IMG/VR virus record: IMGVR_UViG_3300004805_000006
Span: 1-64,000 of that record
Reading direction: 5' to 3' (one strand)
Origin: a virus
DNA: 64,000 nucleotides
Shown: piece after piece, positions 46,712-57,823 of the stretch
How positions within the stretch are numbered: the stretch's first letter is position 1
Layout: each line of letters opens with the position of its first letter
The notes under the pieces: model-generated
The model's database searches: none
Told to the model about the DNA's origin: nothing
What the model saw: only the letters and a program-made list of their open reading frames with translations
Made by a program: the position numbers and the translations under genes

Positions 46712-49700
46712 TTACTACATATCAACTTTGATCCATATTTTTCATCAAAAACAAATTTCATTTCATTATGACCGCATTTTTGTTCATTGACTTTATTTTC
46801 ACATAAGCCTTTAAGCCACGATTTACCGATTAAAGCTTCTGTTTCCATTGGAATTTCAGTAAAATACTTACCAAATCCTTCTTTTATTGATTTAACTATT
46901 ATTTCTGAAACTTCATATCTTTGATCATCTCTAACTTCAACTATAATTTCATCATGCACACATAACAAAAGTTTTGCATCATAATCTTTAAGTCTATCTA
47001 CCACTAAAATCATAGCTTCTTTTATCGTATCTGCATCGGCACCCTGTATACCTGAATTCATACCTTGTCTTTCAATACCACTTTGAATCATTTTCCTATC
47101 AGGATGATTAAACTCTGGCATATTATAATAACGCTTTCTACCACTTACAGTAGTACTATATCTATTAACAACAGCATCATGACCAGCTTTATCTAAGTAT
47201 TTCTTAACGCCCTTATATCTATTGAAATACTTATTTATCATGATTTCTGACTCACGCTTCCCAATTTTTAATCTTTTAGAAAGACCCATAGAAGACATTC
47301 CATAACAATTATGAACAATAAAACCATTAGCCAAAAAATATTGATGGTTTTCTATAGATAAATCATATACCTTTTTAATCCCCTTTGATGTAATAGACTC
47401 TATTGGTAAAGGTACTATACCATTTTTATAAATAAGATTAAAAAAATCATCATATTCTGATAGCTCTTTAAAATATACATTACCTACATGATCAGAATAT
47501 CTACTACTATAAAATCTATCTTTAAGCTGTTTACTTGTATTACGATTACTCATTATATTCTTCATTCTATCTACATTACTATTTATAAAATATGCTGAGC
47601 TATTATAAATATTTTTATTAATCGCCAAATTATTTTTTCTATTAGTTAAAAATCCTATTCGGTCCATAAAAGTAAAACTTCCTTCATTAGATACAATGGA
47701 TAAACAATAATATTTATCTGGATACCCATTTCTATTCTCTGATGTTATAGAGGATAATATTCCAAAATTTAATAACATTAATTGTATATCCTTAACTAAT
47801 ATTTTGGACTTACTACTATATTGGATTACATAGCTATTTCCCCTTGATTTTATGGTACCATCACCTTCAAATAACCATTTTAAAAATTCTATTTGATACT
47901 CCATTTTAGATTCTTTAATGCATTTAGGAATACTTATTTCTTTTGTTTTATCAATATTTTTTATATTTAAAATATTTACCAACCACTCTGAAAACAATAT
48001 AGAATTTATTGAGTATCTAGCGTATTTATCATTAGGTTTAGAAACTCTATTACCAAATAAATTATATAATAATGTATCTATTTTATGTATAAATTCTTTA
48101 TCTGACTTACTAAAGCCAAATGATACCACACTATAAGTTTCTCTATTTCTTACTTTAATAACACAACCTTCAGCTATAAAAAGCCCTAAAAAAGCTGCCC
48201 ACTCTATAGTTAATTTTTTAGGTAATACTAAAGCTTTATAATTAGTATTTTTATAAGTTTCAAAATTATCAAAGTAAACATCATTTTTAGGAAATAAATT
48301 AGAACCTTTTTTTATACATATTGAATCTTTAGTTATATCTAAATTTTTTAATTTGGTATCAACATATTCTCCTAAATAATTTACAACTTTAACTAAATGG
48401 TCTTCGGTAACTTCCATTGAGTAACCATATTTAGTTATAATTTCAAATACTTCTTTTTCTCCCATGTATTGTTTATCAATAACTATATTTTTACCTATAT
48501 CATGTGCAACTTCTTCACCTAATTTAATATCTTTTATTATTTTTATACCGTGATTTGTTATTATATTTGTATCTTCTATTGTACACAGACCAAAATTGAT
48601 CGCCTTGGCTGCATTCCTCATATTCTTATCAACTTTATCATAAGTAACATCAAAAATTTCAGATGCAGTTCTAGTATGAAGATCTTGTCCTGTAGCATAC
48701 GCGTCAATAAATACTGGATCTTTAGAAAGATTTCCAAGAATTCTTAGTTCTGCACCAGCTTGATCAGCTGTAATTAAGGAGTACCCTGGTGCTGCAATAA
48801 AACATGATCTATATCTTTGTTGTTTAGGTATATTCTGAAGATTAGGACTTGAAGAACTCATTCTACCTGTCGATACCATTTGACGGAAATCAGTATGTAA
48901 TCTTCCAGTATACTTACTAATCTTAGCTAATAAAGTTTCTGAATAAGTAGAAATTAATTTATTAGCTTTTCTATAATCTAATATTGCGTCAATTATAGGA
49001 AGACCAGCATGTTTTTCTAGAGAGGCAAAATCCGTTTTCTCAATATTTAATCCATATTTGACTAAAGATTTTTTCAATTGCGCATTACTATCTATATTGA
49101 CTAGTGATACTCCAAATAAGGTATTTTGATCTTCTACTTTAGCTAATATATTTCTTATAATACCACCTACTTCAACTCGTTCTTTTTCTACATCTTTCAT
49201 AATAATACGCCATTTTTCTGTATCAATATGGATACCATTTAATTCCATCTCACATAAGGGTTTAATGAATTCAAATTCTAGCCGCGCCGCATTTTCTAAA
49301 CCTTCCTTTATGACCGTAGACCATTGAAGATCTCTAATTAGATGTAAAGGAGTAACATCATTTGCTGCATATATTAACTGGAAGTCTTCATACTTTTGAC
49401 CATAATCTGAGAAAGTAGTTCTTGGTTCTTTAGACATATATAATCCTAAATGTTTAAGTACTATAGCTGCTAAACTAGCCTTAGTAAATGGAAGACCCAG
49501 TGTAGACAGTTGTTCTACTAACATAGTATCATATATATTAGTTAAGTAGTACCCTCTACTCCTCTTAATTATTTTCATATCGTATGCTGCATTTTGTAAT
49601 ATACGCATCTTTGTAGGGTCTGTCAATAGAGGGTCTAAAACTTCTGGGTGTAGACTACTATGCTCAGTATCATGTCTAACATCAAAGACAAAAACTTTAT

Positions 49701-49890
49701 TTGTAACACCAACTTGTAATAGGGTCCATTTAGCCTCGTATGGATCTAAGGCAGTGGTTTCAGTATCTATAGCATGGATAGGGTAGTTATTCAAAAAGGA
49801 CATAGCCTTACGCGCCTCGTCCTCATTTGTGACATAAGTATAATTTGGAATAGGAAGTGTTGCTTGATTTTGTTCTATAATAGATGGCAT
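46690..49890 (-). CDS. polA: Family A DNA polymerase (3'-5' exonuclease + polymerase) with intein
   Basis: DTET, QNAAYD, YAANDV, TGRMSSSSPNLQNIP, DQAGAELR, R..AKAINFGL|..YG, QG..AD, VHDE. Confidence 0.95.
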   Translation of the reverse strand: MPSIIEQNQATLPIPNYTYVTNEDEARKAMSFLNNYPIHAIDTETTALDPYEAKWTLLQVGVTNKVFVFDVRHDTEHSSLHPEVLDPLLTDPTKMRILQNAAYDMKIIKRSRGYYLTNIYDTMLVEQLSTLGLPFTKASLAAIVLKHLGLYMSKEPRTTFSDYGQKYEDFQLIYAANDVTPLHLIRDLQWSTVIKEGLENAARLEFEFIKPLCEMELNGIHIDTEKWRIIMKDVEKERVEVGGIIRNILAKVEDQNTLFGVSLVNIDSNAQLKKSLVKYGLNIEKTDFASLEKHAGLPIIDAILDYRKANKLISTYSETLLAKISKYTGRLHTDFRQMVSTGRMSSSSPNLQNIPKQQRYRSCFIAAPGYSLITADQAGAELRILGNLSKDPVFIDAYATGQDLHTRTASEIFDVTYDKVDKNMRNAAKAINFGLCTIEDTNIITNHGIKIIKDIKLGEEVAHDIGKNIVIDKQYMGEKEVFEIITKYGYSMEVTEDHLVKVVNYLGEYVDTKLKNLDITKDSICIKKGSNLFPKNDVYFDNFETYKNTNYKALVLPKKLTIEWAAFLGLFIAEGCVIKVRNRETYSVVSFGFSKSDKEFIHKIDTLLYNLFGNRVSKPNDKYARYSINSILFSEWLVNILNIKNIDKTKEISIPKCIKESKMEYQIEFLKWLFEGDGTIKSRGNSYVIQYSSKSKILVKDIQLMLLNFGILSSITSENRNGYPDKYYCLSIVSNEGSFTFMDRIGFLTNRKNNLAINKNIYNSSAYFINSNVDRMKNIMSNRNTSKQLKDRFYSSRYSDHVGNVYFKELSEYDDFFNLIYKNGIVPLPIESITSKGIKKVYDLSIENHQYFLANGFIVHNCYGMSSMGLSKRLKIGKRESEIMINKYFNRYKGVKKYLDKAGHDAVVNRYSTTVSGRKRYYNMPEFNHPDRKMIQSGIERQGMNSGIQGADADTIKEAMILVVDRLKDYDAKLLLCVHDEIIVEVRDDQRYEVSEIIVKSIKEGFGKYFTEIPMETEALIGKSWLKGLCENKVNEQKCGHNEMKFVFDEKYGSKLICSKCGGGQE
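47308..48585 (-). mobile_element. LAGLIDADG intein (426 aa) in PolA motif B
   Basis: NFGL|CTIED, TEDH, FLGLFIAEG, FLKWLFEGDG, ANGFIVHN|CYG. Confidence 0.92.
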
Positions 49891-50972
49891 TAGTTTCTCC
49901 CATTTGATTCTGCTATAATATCTGAAACTTTGAACATATAATTATACCATTTATGCTCAGCAAGTTTACCTTGTTCATATATAGGAACTGTTAACACGTC
50001 AAGTACTTTTGAATATTTACGCGCTTCGCCAACTTTTTTTGCACGTTTAATACATCCTACAAAAAGACCTGTGATACCTATACGCATACTTTCTACTGGT
50101 ACTGATTTAATATTAACAAATATATCTATAGATTCTTTAAAATTACCATTATTTAAAGACTTAAATAATTCAATTACTTGTGGATCAGCATCGTTAATTC
50201 CAGATTGACAAATTTCTTTTCCTGCAGCTAAGGTCCAAGAGCCTTCTATAGCTATTTGGCTTAAACAAACTAAAGCGTTTCCTGGAGCACCATCTGCCTC
50301 TTCTGAAATAAGGTTTAAAATATCTTGATTATATTGAAATCCTTCAAACTCACATACATTTTTTAAAAGATCATTCATAATTGTAGTTTCTACTCTTTTA
50401 AATTCTAAAGAAAAACATCTTCTTAAAAAAGCTTCTCCAGCATCTTTTGCTTTACTTCTTAATTTTTCGGGTTGATTTGTACAGAAAATAAAATAAACAT
50501 GTTCATATCCATACTCTATGGGTTTTAACAAAAGATCTTTTGCTGCAGTTGTAAGTTCATGAGCTTCATCAAATATTAATATTTTAAACCTAGTATTAAA
50601 TGGAGCCATAGGTAAATCCCTGACTATAGAGTCTACGTAATCTTTTCCTCCAGATTGACCTACATTAATTTCTTTTACATCAATATTATTTCCTTCAAGA
50701 ATAGTTCGACAAGAATTACATTGTAAACATGGATTAGAACTTATACCATTAGTCTCACAATTTAATCCTAGAGCTATAATCTTTGCTGCAGTTGTTTTAC
50801 CACATCCTGATCCGCCTGTAAATAATTGAGTATGTGGAACTTTATTAGAGTCCAATGAATTTTTAATAATTCTTTTATTTGTATCATTGCCTATAAGTTC
50901 ATCTATTGTGCAAGGTCTATAAACAACATTTAAGTCATTAGACCCCATTTTAGTTTCGCGTCTAATAATCAT
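49890..50972 (-). CDS. dnaX: DNA polymerase III gamma/tau-like clamp-loader subunit
   Basis: YRP, GGSGCGKTT, C...PCLQCNSC, DEAH.L, LLK..E, CT. Confidence 0.9.
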   Translation of the reverse strand: MIIRRETKMGSNDLNVVYRPCTIDELIGNDTNKRIIKNSLDSNKVPHTQLFTGGSGCGKTTAAKIIALGLNCETNGISSNPCLQCNSCRTILEGNNIDVKEINVGQSGGKDYVDSIVRDLPMAPFNTRFKILIFDEAHELTTAAKDLLLKPIEYGYEHVYFIFCTNQPEKLRSKAKDAGEAFLRRCFSLEFKRVETTIMNDLLKNVCEFEGFQYNQDILNLISEEADGAPGNALVCLSQIAIEGSWTLAAGKEICQSGINDADPQVIELFKSLNNGNFKESIDIFVNIKSVPVESMRIGITGLFVGCIKRAKKVGEARKYSKVLDVLTVPIYEQGKLAEHKWYNYMFKVSDIIAESNGRN

Positions 50973-50994
50973 AATACCTCCTTTCCTTTTACTA

Positions 50995-51022
50995 AATATA
51001 AGACCTATTACTTATTTGTCAA
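50995..51022 (-). promoter_or_regulatory. Promoter TTGACA-N16-TATATT
   Basis: Upstream of the dnaX-polA-nrdJ block. Confidence 0.75.
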
Positions 51023-53421
51023 GATGCTAGTAAATAAATTCTTTTTTCACTATTAATTTCATCACCACGTTTTTCTTCTATTATAATCGCTCCCCATGGA
51101 GTAGCTATGAATATTACATTTCCATTATTATGCTTAGATGTTCCTTCTGTTACATAAATATCAGATATATAAGATGATCTTAATACACTATATTTTTTAG
51201 ATATATATTCATAGCCCCCGCCGCTATTATAAACAGCACATAATTTAGCTGCTTGAAATATGTCATTTATACTGGCACCTCTACTTACAGTATATGTGGA
51301 AGGTGAAGGATCATAATGTCGTACTCTAATCCAATCTATTTCAATCTTTGGCTGATAATAGTCATTACAAAAAGTAAATATTAATTGCCTATAAGCAGGA
51401 TCAGTTAATATTCCAGATGAAACTAAAGTTTCTCCATCATAATTAGACATTTGGTAGTTAAGAGTTTCAACAAATGTATGAGTTTTAAAGGAATAACTAG
51501 TAAGTTTGGTTCCATATTTTATACCTTGATTTGAAGCAGATGATAAATAATGAGGAGTTTCCGTAGGGCAACCTATATAAACCATAGCACCACCATTAAA
51601 ACCAACTTCCCAATCTAAATCTGAATCATAATTATGCCCAGTAGCAGGAGGAACTGTTCTAAAACTATATTCAATAACACTATTACTAAATACATCTGAA
51701 CTTATTAAAGATATAGGATAACTATTACTATAAGTATTTAGTCTAAGTATACTATTAGAAATAGTATACGTATTGTTAGCATATCCACTATTAGCAAATG
51801 TCCAATTGTTAGATAAAGTAGATTCATTAAAATCATCAAATAAAGTAAAAGTATCTTTTTGACTAGATTTAGTTTTAACATCAGGATTACCATAAAGAAT
51901 ATAAAATTTTTCGGTGCCTTTAGAAAGTTTAACCCATATTTTAGGAGGAGTAATATAATTCCAAGATTCAATATAGTAAAATACAGCTACGCCTTTATCG
52001 TCAACTATTCTTATATCAGCACCTTCTTTTTGAGATTGTCTATATATTTCATCAGGTTGTGTCATGGGTATTTCAAACAAAAATTGGTAATTATTTTCTG
52101 GTATAGGAGATAACAATTCTACTAGTCTATTATACTCCCAACCAAAAATATTGTCATCCAGTCCTATTACATTATTAAATGGATTTACTGTATAATAATA
52201 ATCACCAGTTGAAGTCTGAAAACATTTTGTTATATCATCTTTAATTATATATTCTCTTGCCCCGTCAGAAAATTTATATCTATCAACGCCAGATACTGTA
52301 GACGCACATAGATAATCACCACTTCCATGCAAATAATTAACATCGTTAGCTGTTATAAATGGATAACTTCTATACTCTTCTAAAAATAATGTTCCACTAA
52401 TAGTATCTACTGAACCTCTGTATATACCTGAATTAGTTGTAGCGACATAAAAATAATCACTATTAGCCCATATAGAGTTTGCACCATCAACAAGTGATAT
52501 AGAATTTGTTAATATTTCTGAGGATGAATTATATATTTCTACACCTTGTTTTGTAGCTTTATAGATATATGGGTCGTTGTACCATATATTTCTTTTTCTA
52601 TTTGAATAAAAAGTTGATATTACTTTAAATATTCCAGGTACTATAAATTTATGTATTGTCTTACTTCCAGATATAGTAATTATACCACCGGTAGCCATAA
52701 TATCTTCAGTTTTATAACTAATAATGACTATACCAGATCCTCCAGTACCAGTAACTCCAGAACCACTTCTCTCTGATCCACCTCCACCACCACCAGTATT
52801 AGCTATTCCAGGTGTAGCATTAGCTTTGGATCCATTACCTCCACCTCCTTTACCACCTATTCCAGGAGTTCCAGAGTAATATGTAGAGCCACCTCCTCCA
52901 CCACCAATCCAACGAACACCGTCTATATCTACTCCAGCATTTGATGATATCAATAAATCAGAATATAAATTTGTACCATCACCACCCTTACCACCAGCAT
53001 TATATGTACCATTTACTCCATCAGTTCCAGCCCCACCTCCGCCACCTTGACCATAATATGATGAAGAATATCCAGTTCCGCCCTTATTACCTCCCACTCT
53101 AAGTGCTACTCCAGGATAACCTGTTTTTGTAGCACCACCACCAGAACCACCATTATTACCATTAAAATTACTATCATCTCCTCCAGCACCGCCACCTAAA
53201 GATACTATATTGTCAAAATATGAGTATTGACCGTTTATATGATGGGTAGTTCCTCCTATACCTACAAACACATAATATTCAGCAACATGCACTAAATAGT
53301 CGCTTACATAAGTAACACCACCAGCACCACCACCTGCTCCATGGTAAAGTGTGGCACCGCCGCACCCACCACCTGCAACTACTAAAACTTCTACATAACC
53401 GTCAATATCTGTTAATGCCAA
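51019..53421 (-). CDS. Virion protein with glycine-rich domain and DUF2341-like domain
   Basis: VLVVAGGG..GGGGAGG, ANTGGGGGG, GGSGIVII; DIRIVD...YYIESW...IWVK...YGN, FDDF, DWIRVR. Confidence 0.75.
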   Translation of the reverse strand: MALTDIDGYVEVLVVAGGGCGGATLYHGAGGGAGGVTYVSDYLVHVAEYYVFVGIGGTTHHINGQYSYFDNIVSLGGGAGGDDSNFNGNNGGSGGGATKTGYPGVALRVGGNKGGTGYSSSYYGQGGGGGAGTDGVNGTYNAGGKGGDGTNLYSDLLISSNAGVDIDGVRWIGGGGGGSTYYSGTPGIGGKGGGGNGSKANATPGIANTGGGGGGSERSGSGVTGTGGSGIVIISYKTEDIMATGGIITISGSKTIHKFIVPGIFKVISTFYSNRKRNIWYNDPYIYKATKQGVEIYNSSSEILTNSISLVDGANSIWANSDYFYVATTNSGIYRGSVDTISGTLFLEEYRSYPFITANDVNYLHGSGDYLCASTVSGVDRYKFSDGAREYIIKDDITKCFQTSTGDYYYTVNPFNNVIGLDDNIFGWEYNRLVELLSPIPENNYQFLFEIPMTQPDEIYRQSQKEGADIRIVDDKGVAVFYYIESWNYITPPKIWVKLSKGTEKFYILYGNPDVKTKSSQKDTFTLFDDFNESTLSNNWTFANSGYANNTYTISNSILRLNTYSNSYPISLISSDVFSNSVIEYSFRTVPPATGHNYDSDLDWEVGFNGGAMVYIGCPTETPHYLSSASNQGIKYGTKLTSYSFKTHTFVETLNYQMSNYDGETLVSSGILTDPAYRQLIFTFCNDYYQPKIEIDWIRVRHYDPSPSTYTVSRGASINDIFQAAKLCAVYNSGGGYEYISKKYSVLRSSYISDIYVTEGTSKHNNGNVIFIATPWGAIIIEEKRGDEINSEKRIYLLAS

Positions 53422-53910
53422 TTATTCCTCCCTATTCCTATTAAGTTTAAAATTATTAAGTAATTCATAAACATGGCATAAAACACCTGCACCACTGTAA
53501 ACAGGAATTATATAATTAACTATAGCTTTTACTTGCTGAACTGAATCTTCTGGGCACATAGAAAAACCTGACATTTGTATACAACTAATATCAGAATAAC
53601 TACTTCCTATATATAAAACATTATCTGGGGCTATACTATATCGTTGAAGAATTTGATTGTAAACTTCTTTTTTATTTTTTTCAGCAAAGAAAAAAGGTAT
53701 ATTTCTTTTTTTACTAAGTGAAGCATTAATATTAGCATCAGATGATAAAAAAGCAAATCCCCAATCCTTCTTAATAAGATTTATAGCTTCAAAATCTTTC
53801 ATGTAAAATTGCTTAAACATAACGGTATTTAATTCACCATAACCTACTAGGTGTTCAGTAATTATCCCATCAATTTCACTGATAATAAGTTTAATATTAC
53901 CAAAATCCAT
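53422..53910 (-). CDS. KdsC-like HAD protein, probably catalytically altered
   Basis: IKLIISEIDGIIT (DxD to ExD), F..KD, YIG...SD, G.GV. Confidence 0.75.
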   Translation of the reverse strand: MDFGNIKLIISEIDGIITEHLVGYGELNTVMFKQFYMKDFEAINLIKKDWGFAFLSSDANINASLSKKRNIPFFFAEKNKKEVYNQILQRYSIAPDNVLYIGSSYSDISCIQMSGFSMCPEDSVQQVKAIVNYIIPVYSGAGVLCHVYELLNNFKLNRNREE

Positions 53911-53936
53911 ATGTGTTTCTCCTTTTCCACTATAAA

Positions 53937-55049
53937 TTATTTTTTAGTATTAAAAAATTCCTTTATAATATCACATATAAATGTAACTTCTTCTTCCAAT
54001 AATGTAGGATGCATTGGTAAAGATAATAAAGTATCTGAAAGGTTATCTGAAATTGGGCAAATGGAATAAAAATTTTTGTACATAGTTTGTTGATGACATG
54101 GTTTTGGATAATGCAAACTAGTAGAAATATTATTTTTATTGAGAAAATCTTTTAATAAATCTCTAGTAATTTTATCTTCACATTTTAATTCATACAAATG
54201 AAATACTGGTTTTATTTCATCAGTTTTCATAAGCGGAGTTTTAACATTAGCTACATCCTTAAGTTGTTGGTAATACCAATTAGCTACTTTTACACGATGA
54301 TTATTCCAGTAATCTAAAGTCGCTAAACCATAAGACAAAAACTTAGCGTTAATTGTATCTAAACGAGAATTGAGTCCAACATGAGAGTAGTCAAACCATG
54401 AACCAGATGATCTACCTACATTGCCCATCTCGCGGACATAGTTAGCTATAAATTCCTCATTAGTAACTACTGCTCCACCTTGACCTAAACCACCCAAATT
54501 TTTTGTCGGGTAAAAAGAATAACATCCTACTGCATCAAAAGATCCAGTACGCTTACCTTTATAAATAGCACCAGCAGACTGAGCACAATCTTCCACTATA
54601 AATAATTCATAAGTTTCAGCAAGACCCATTATCCCATCCATATCAGCAGGATAACCATATAAATGTACCGGAATAATAGCTCTAGTTTTAGTGGTAATTG
54701 CATCTTCTATGCTTTCTGCGTCGATAGTGTATGTTTCTGGATTAGGATCAACAAACACTGGTTTAGCCCCAGTATGAGATACTGCAAATGCAGTAGCAAT
54801 ATATGTATTAGCTGGAACTATAACTTCATCTCCAACACCTATACCTAAAGCTTTTAAAGATAACCATAAAGCATCTGTACCTGATCCTACTCCTACTGCG
54901 TATTTAGTACCACAGTATTTAGCAAAACTATCTTCAAATTCTTCTAGAGCTTTACCACCTACAAATTGACCATGCTTAATAAGATCAATTAAAGGAGTAA
55001 CATCTAAATTTTCATATTGTTTTTCTAAATCTACAAAATTAATTTTCAT
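53937..55049 (-). CDS. DegT/DnrJ/EryC1/StrS sugar aminotransferase
   Basis: SGTDAL, GDEVIVP, PVHLYG, EDCAQ, SFYPTKNLG, NSRLD. Confidence 0.95.
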   Translation of the reverse strand: MKINFVDLEKQYENLDVTPLIDLIKHGQFVGGKALEEFEDSFAKYCGTKYAVGVGSGTDALWLSLKALGIGVGDEVIVPANTYIATAFAVSHTGAKPVFVDPNPETYTIDAESIEDAITTKTRAIIPVHLYGYPADMDGIMGLAETYELFIVEDCAQSAGAIYKGKRTGSFDAVGCYSFYPTKNLGGLGQGGAVVTNEEFIANYVREMGNVGRSSGSWFDYSHVGLNSRLDTINAKFLSYGLATLDYWNNHRVKVANWYYQQLKDVANVKTPLMKTDEIKPVFHLYELKCEDKITRDLLKDFLNKNNISTSLHYPKPCHQQTMYKNFYSICPISDNLSDTLLSLPMHPTLLEEEVTFICDIIKEFFNTKK

Positions 55050-55209
55050 TATTTTTACCCCGCAATTTATTTTTTTTATTGACTACTTTTATTAACTTGC
55101 CTCCACACTCTGAACATTTCGTACCATAATCATGATCAGCATTATAAATTTCCATACCACAGCCACCAATACATCTATAATCCAAAGTTGATTCTTTAAA
55201 TGTCTTCAT
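55039..55209 (-). CDS. Small zinc-ribbon protein (56 aa)
   Basis: MKTFKESTLDYRCIGGCG...KCSECGGKL; ATGA-coupled; absent from the track. Confidence 0.6.
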   Translation of the reverse strand: MKTFKESTLDYRCIGGCGMEIYNADHDYGTKCSECGGKLIKVVNKKNKLRGKNNEN

Positions 55210-55886
55210 ATTTTTTCTCCTCTTCCACAGACGCTATTACCATTTTCCATCAATATCCAGTTAGTTACTGTAAAATATTCTTTTAATTTATCTTTCCAAA
55301 ATTCCTCAGAATGTTTCTGAGTATGAAATCCACCATCAGCCCAGTCATTAAAAGGTAATGCAAAAATAAAATCACCACCAATTTTTAAAACTCTTTTTAT
55401 TTCTAATAAAGATTTATTTAAATCACCTACATGTTCAATAGTTTCCAGTGCATATACTCTATCAAAGATATCATTTTTAAATTCTATATCTTCTGAAAAC
55501 ATTGTGTAGCGTTTAATATTTTTTATATTAAGTAATTCTAAATGTTTTATTGTAAGTTTTGTTATATCAGTTGATATATCCGTTACAGATAACCTCATTT
55601 CTGGAAAATTTAATGCTTTATATAAACTAAATCTACCAAAATGACCTCCTATCTCTAACACTTCACCATAAGTTAATGGAAATTCTTTTTCACATAGTAA
55701 TTCGTGCCATTCAATATTAGTAATACTTTTACAAAAATCAGTATCTTTTTCTAATATCTTACTTTTAGATATACACCAGTCATTATTATTGGCACTAAAA
55801 TTATGAACTTCTTGCCAAATTTCTTTATTAAAACCTTTATGTATTAATTCCATGGCATTTTCTAAACTATTTATGTTTATTGACAT
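55206..55886 (-). CDS. Class I SAM methyltransferase
   Basis: VLEIGGHFG, TDIS, FD.V...ETIEHV, RVLK.GG. Confidence 0.85.
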   Translation of the reverse strand: MSININSLENAMELIHKGFNKEIWQEVHNFSANNNDWCISKSKILEKDTDFCKSITNIEWHELLCEKEFPLTYGEVLEIGGHFGRFSLYKALNFPEMRLSVTDISTDITKLTIKHLELLNIKNIKRYTMFSEDIEFKNDIFDRVYALETIEHVGDLNKSLLEIKRVLKIGGDFIFALPFNDWADGGFHTQKHSEEFWKDKLKEYFTVTNWILMENGNSVCGRGEKI

Positions 55887-57172
55887 TATATTTTCTCCAA
55901 TGATTTTATTCTATATTCTAATTCATCATTTTTAAATTTTAATTCTTGTATAGCTTTTATCATAGATGATATAAATTCACAGTATCTTAAACCATATTTA
56001 TCTGAGTCTTTATCGTAAATTATTCCAGCAAAATCATTGGTAGTTTTATTAAATTTATATACTGCATCTTCAACATCTTGAGCAAGTAGTCCGTAATGTG
56101 TCCTATTATGCATATGTTTATGCTCTATGCTCTGCTTTATTTCACTTCTTTCACCATTATTATTTACTTCAACTTTAACAATTTCTTCAACTGAAGTATA
56201 GTCTTTTTGTTTATATGATACAGGTTTAAGCTCACATATAAAAGATAATCCTAAATCTGATTCTTTAATATTTTCTTTTTCTCTAGCATCAGAAGTTTGT
56301 ATTGTAGCATTAGTAGCATAAATATCATTATACCTTAAAGAAGATGTTCCTAAATCTGTAATATTATCTGCTCCAGGACAAATATTTCTTCCTTCAGTTA
56401 ATTTCATAGTTACTACTGGAGAACCATTAGACACATTAGCTGTATAAAAATTAATTTCTCCCCCGCAGTTAGCACCGCTTACTCCTTTTATATTAGCAAT
56501 AATGTTACATGGCTGTTTCCAATTTGTAGTATATGCAAACCACTCAAGTTGGGCTAATCTATCACCATCATAAACTGTTGTTGGACTACTTAAACTACCT
56601 CTAGACTTATAAGTATCTACCATAGGACAGTTATCGGCTACTGAACCAGCATACCATATTTGAAGTCCACCCCAATCATTTTGCACATAATAACAATACT
56701 TATTATTAAAAAATTTTACTTTTTGAACGCCATCTATATTGAATTGAATATAAGCATCGGAACCATTGTCATATATTTCTATAGAAGAGTCATCTTTATT
56801 TATTAAGGAGTGTATATGATTTCCCATCGCTAATTTATCATTTGTTTCTCCTACATCACCATTATTATATAGTGTTTCAAATGTTACATGAGAATTTATT
56901 CCCCCAATGATATCGTCATCAATATGAAAATGTTTTGGAATATCAGTATAAGCTATAACACTATATTTTACATCCATAATATCTCCATATAAAATATCAC
57001 TGCCTATTGCAAGCTCAACTAAAGTATTACCATCATTATATAAAGAATTTTCTACAGACCCATAATAATCAATACCAGAACAAGTAGCTTTTATTTGACT
57101 TCCGAAATTAAAAGTATTAGTTAAATCTCCACAAATAGAAAAAGAATTAGAATTTATATACATAGCTAACAT
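55886..57172 (-). CDS. Tail fibre/spike with C-terminal intramolecular chaperone (peptidase S74)
   Basis: LGTSSLRY...IQTSDAREKENI, LKPVSY, HYGLLAQDV, LRY.E..KAIQEL. Confidence 0.88.
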   Translation of the reverse strand: MLAMYINSNSFSICGDLTNTFNFGSQIKATCSGIDYYGSVENSLYNDGNTLVELAIGSDILYGDIMDVKYSVIAYTDIPKHFHIDDDIIGGINSHVTFETLYNNGDVGETNDKLAMGNHIHSLINKDDSSIEIYDNGSDAYIQFNIDGVQKVKFFNNKYCYYVQNDWGGLQIWYAGSVADNCPMVDTYKSRGSLSSPTTVYDGDRLAQLEWFAYTTNWKQPCNIIANIKGVSGANCGGEINFYTANVSNGSPVVTMKLTEGRNICPGADNITDLGTSSLRYNDIYATNATIQTSDAREKENIKESDLGLSFICELKPVSYKQKDYTSVEEIVKVEVNNNGERSEIKQSIEHKHMHNRTHYGLLAQDVEDAVYKFNKTTNDFAGIIYDKDSDKYGLRYCEFISSMIKAIQELKFKNDELEYRIKSLEKI

Positions 57173-57187
57173 AATATTACCTCCAAA

Positions 57188-57823
57188 TTAATTTAATTTT
57201 TTTTCTCTACACACAAAGAAAAAATGTTTAGTTCCATATTTACTTTCTATTACGTCTGGATAAGAACTTTCTACTGATATATCTCTAAAAAATAATTTTA
57301 AAATTTCCACGTAATTATTCACAGTTCTATATATAGCAGAGTATTCACTTTCTAATTCATTTGAATAAACATTTATATACTCATCACTACCACTCATAGA
57401 ACATGGAGTTCTTACTATTAATTCTTTAGATTTTATTTTACTTAATAAATTACATAAATCTTTACTTTCAAATATATAAGGAAACATGCCCAATGAAATA
57501 GTTAAATCAGTACAAGGAAAATCTATTAATGTAGTAAAATCTTGAACCTTTGTTATTAAATTTCTCTGTTCGCCCCACCTATCTTCAAGTTTTAGTAATA
57601 ATGGTTGCGATATATCATACCCATAGAATAATTCTATGTCTGTAAATTCTCTGAGAGCTATTAATAAATAACCATCTGCACAACCTATGTCTATTACTGA
57701 TTTTATAGAATCTATATTATTCATAATAAAATTAAAATCAATTAATCTACGTTGCTTAACATTAGGGTATTTAGGATAAGCGCCTCTACTCTTCCAAAAA
57801 TTTTTAGCTACGTTGTAACTCAT
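57188..57823 (-). CDS. Class I SAM methyltransferase
   Basis: VIDIGCADG, GYDIS. Confidence 0.75.
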   Translation of the reverse strand: MSYNVAKNFWKSRGAYPKYPNVKQRRLIDFNFIMNNIDSIKSVIDIGCADGYLLIALREFTDIELFYGYDISQPLLLKLEDRWGEQRNLITKVQDFTTLIDFPCTDLTISLGMFPYIFESKDLCNLLSKIKSKELIVRTPCSMSGSDEYINVYSNELESEYSAIYRTVNNYVEILKLFFRDISVESSYPDVIESKYGTKHFFFVCREKKLN

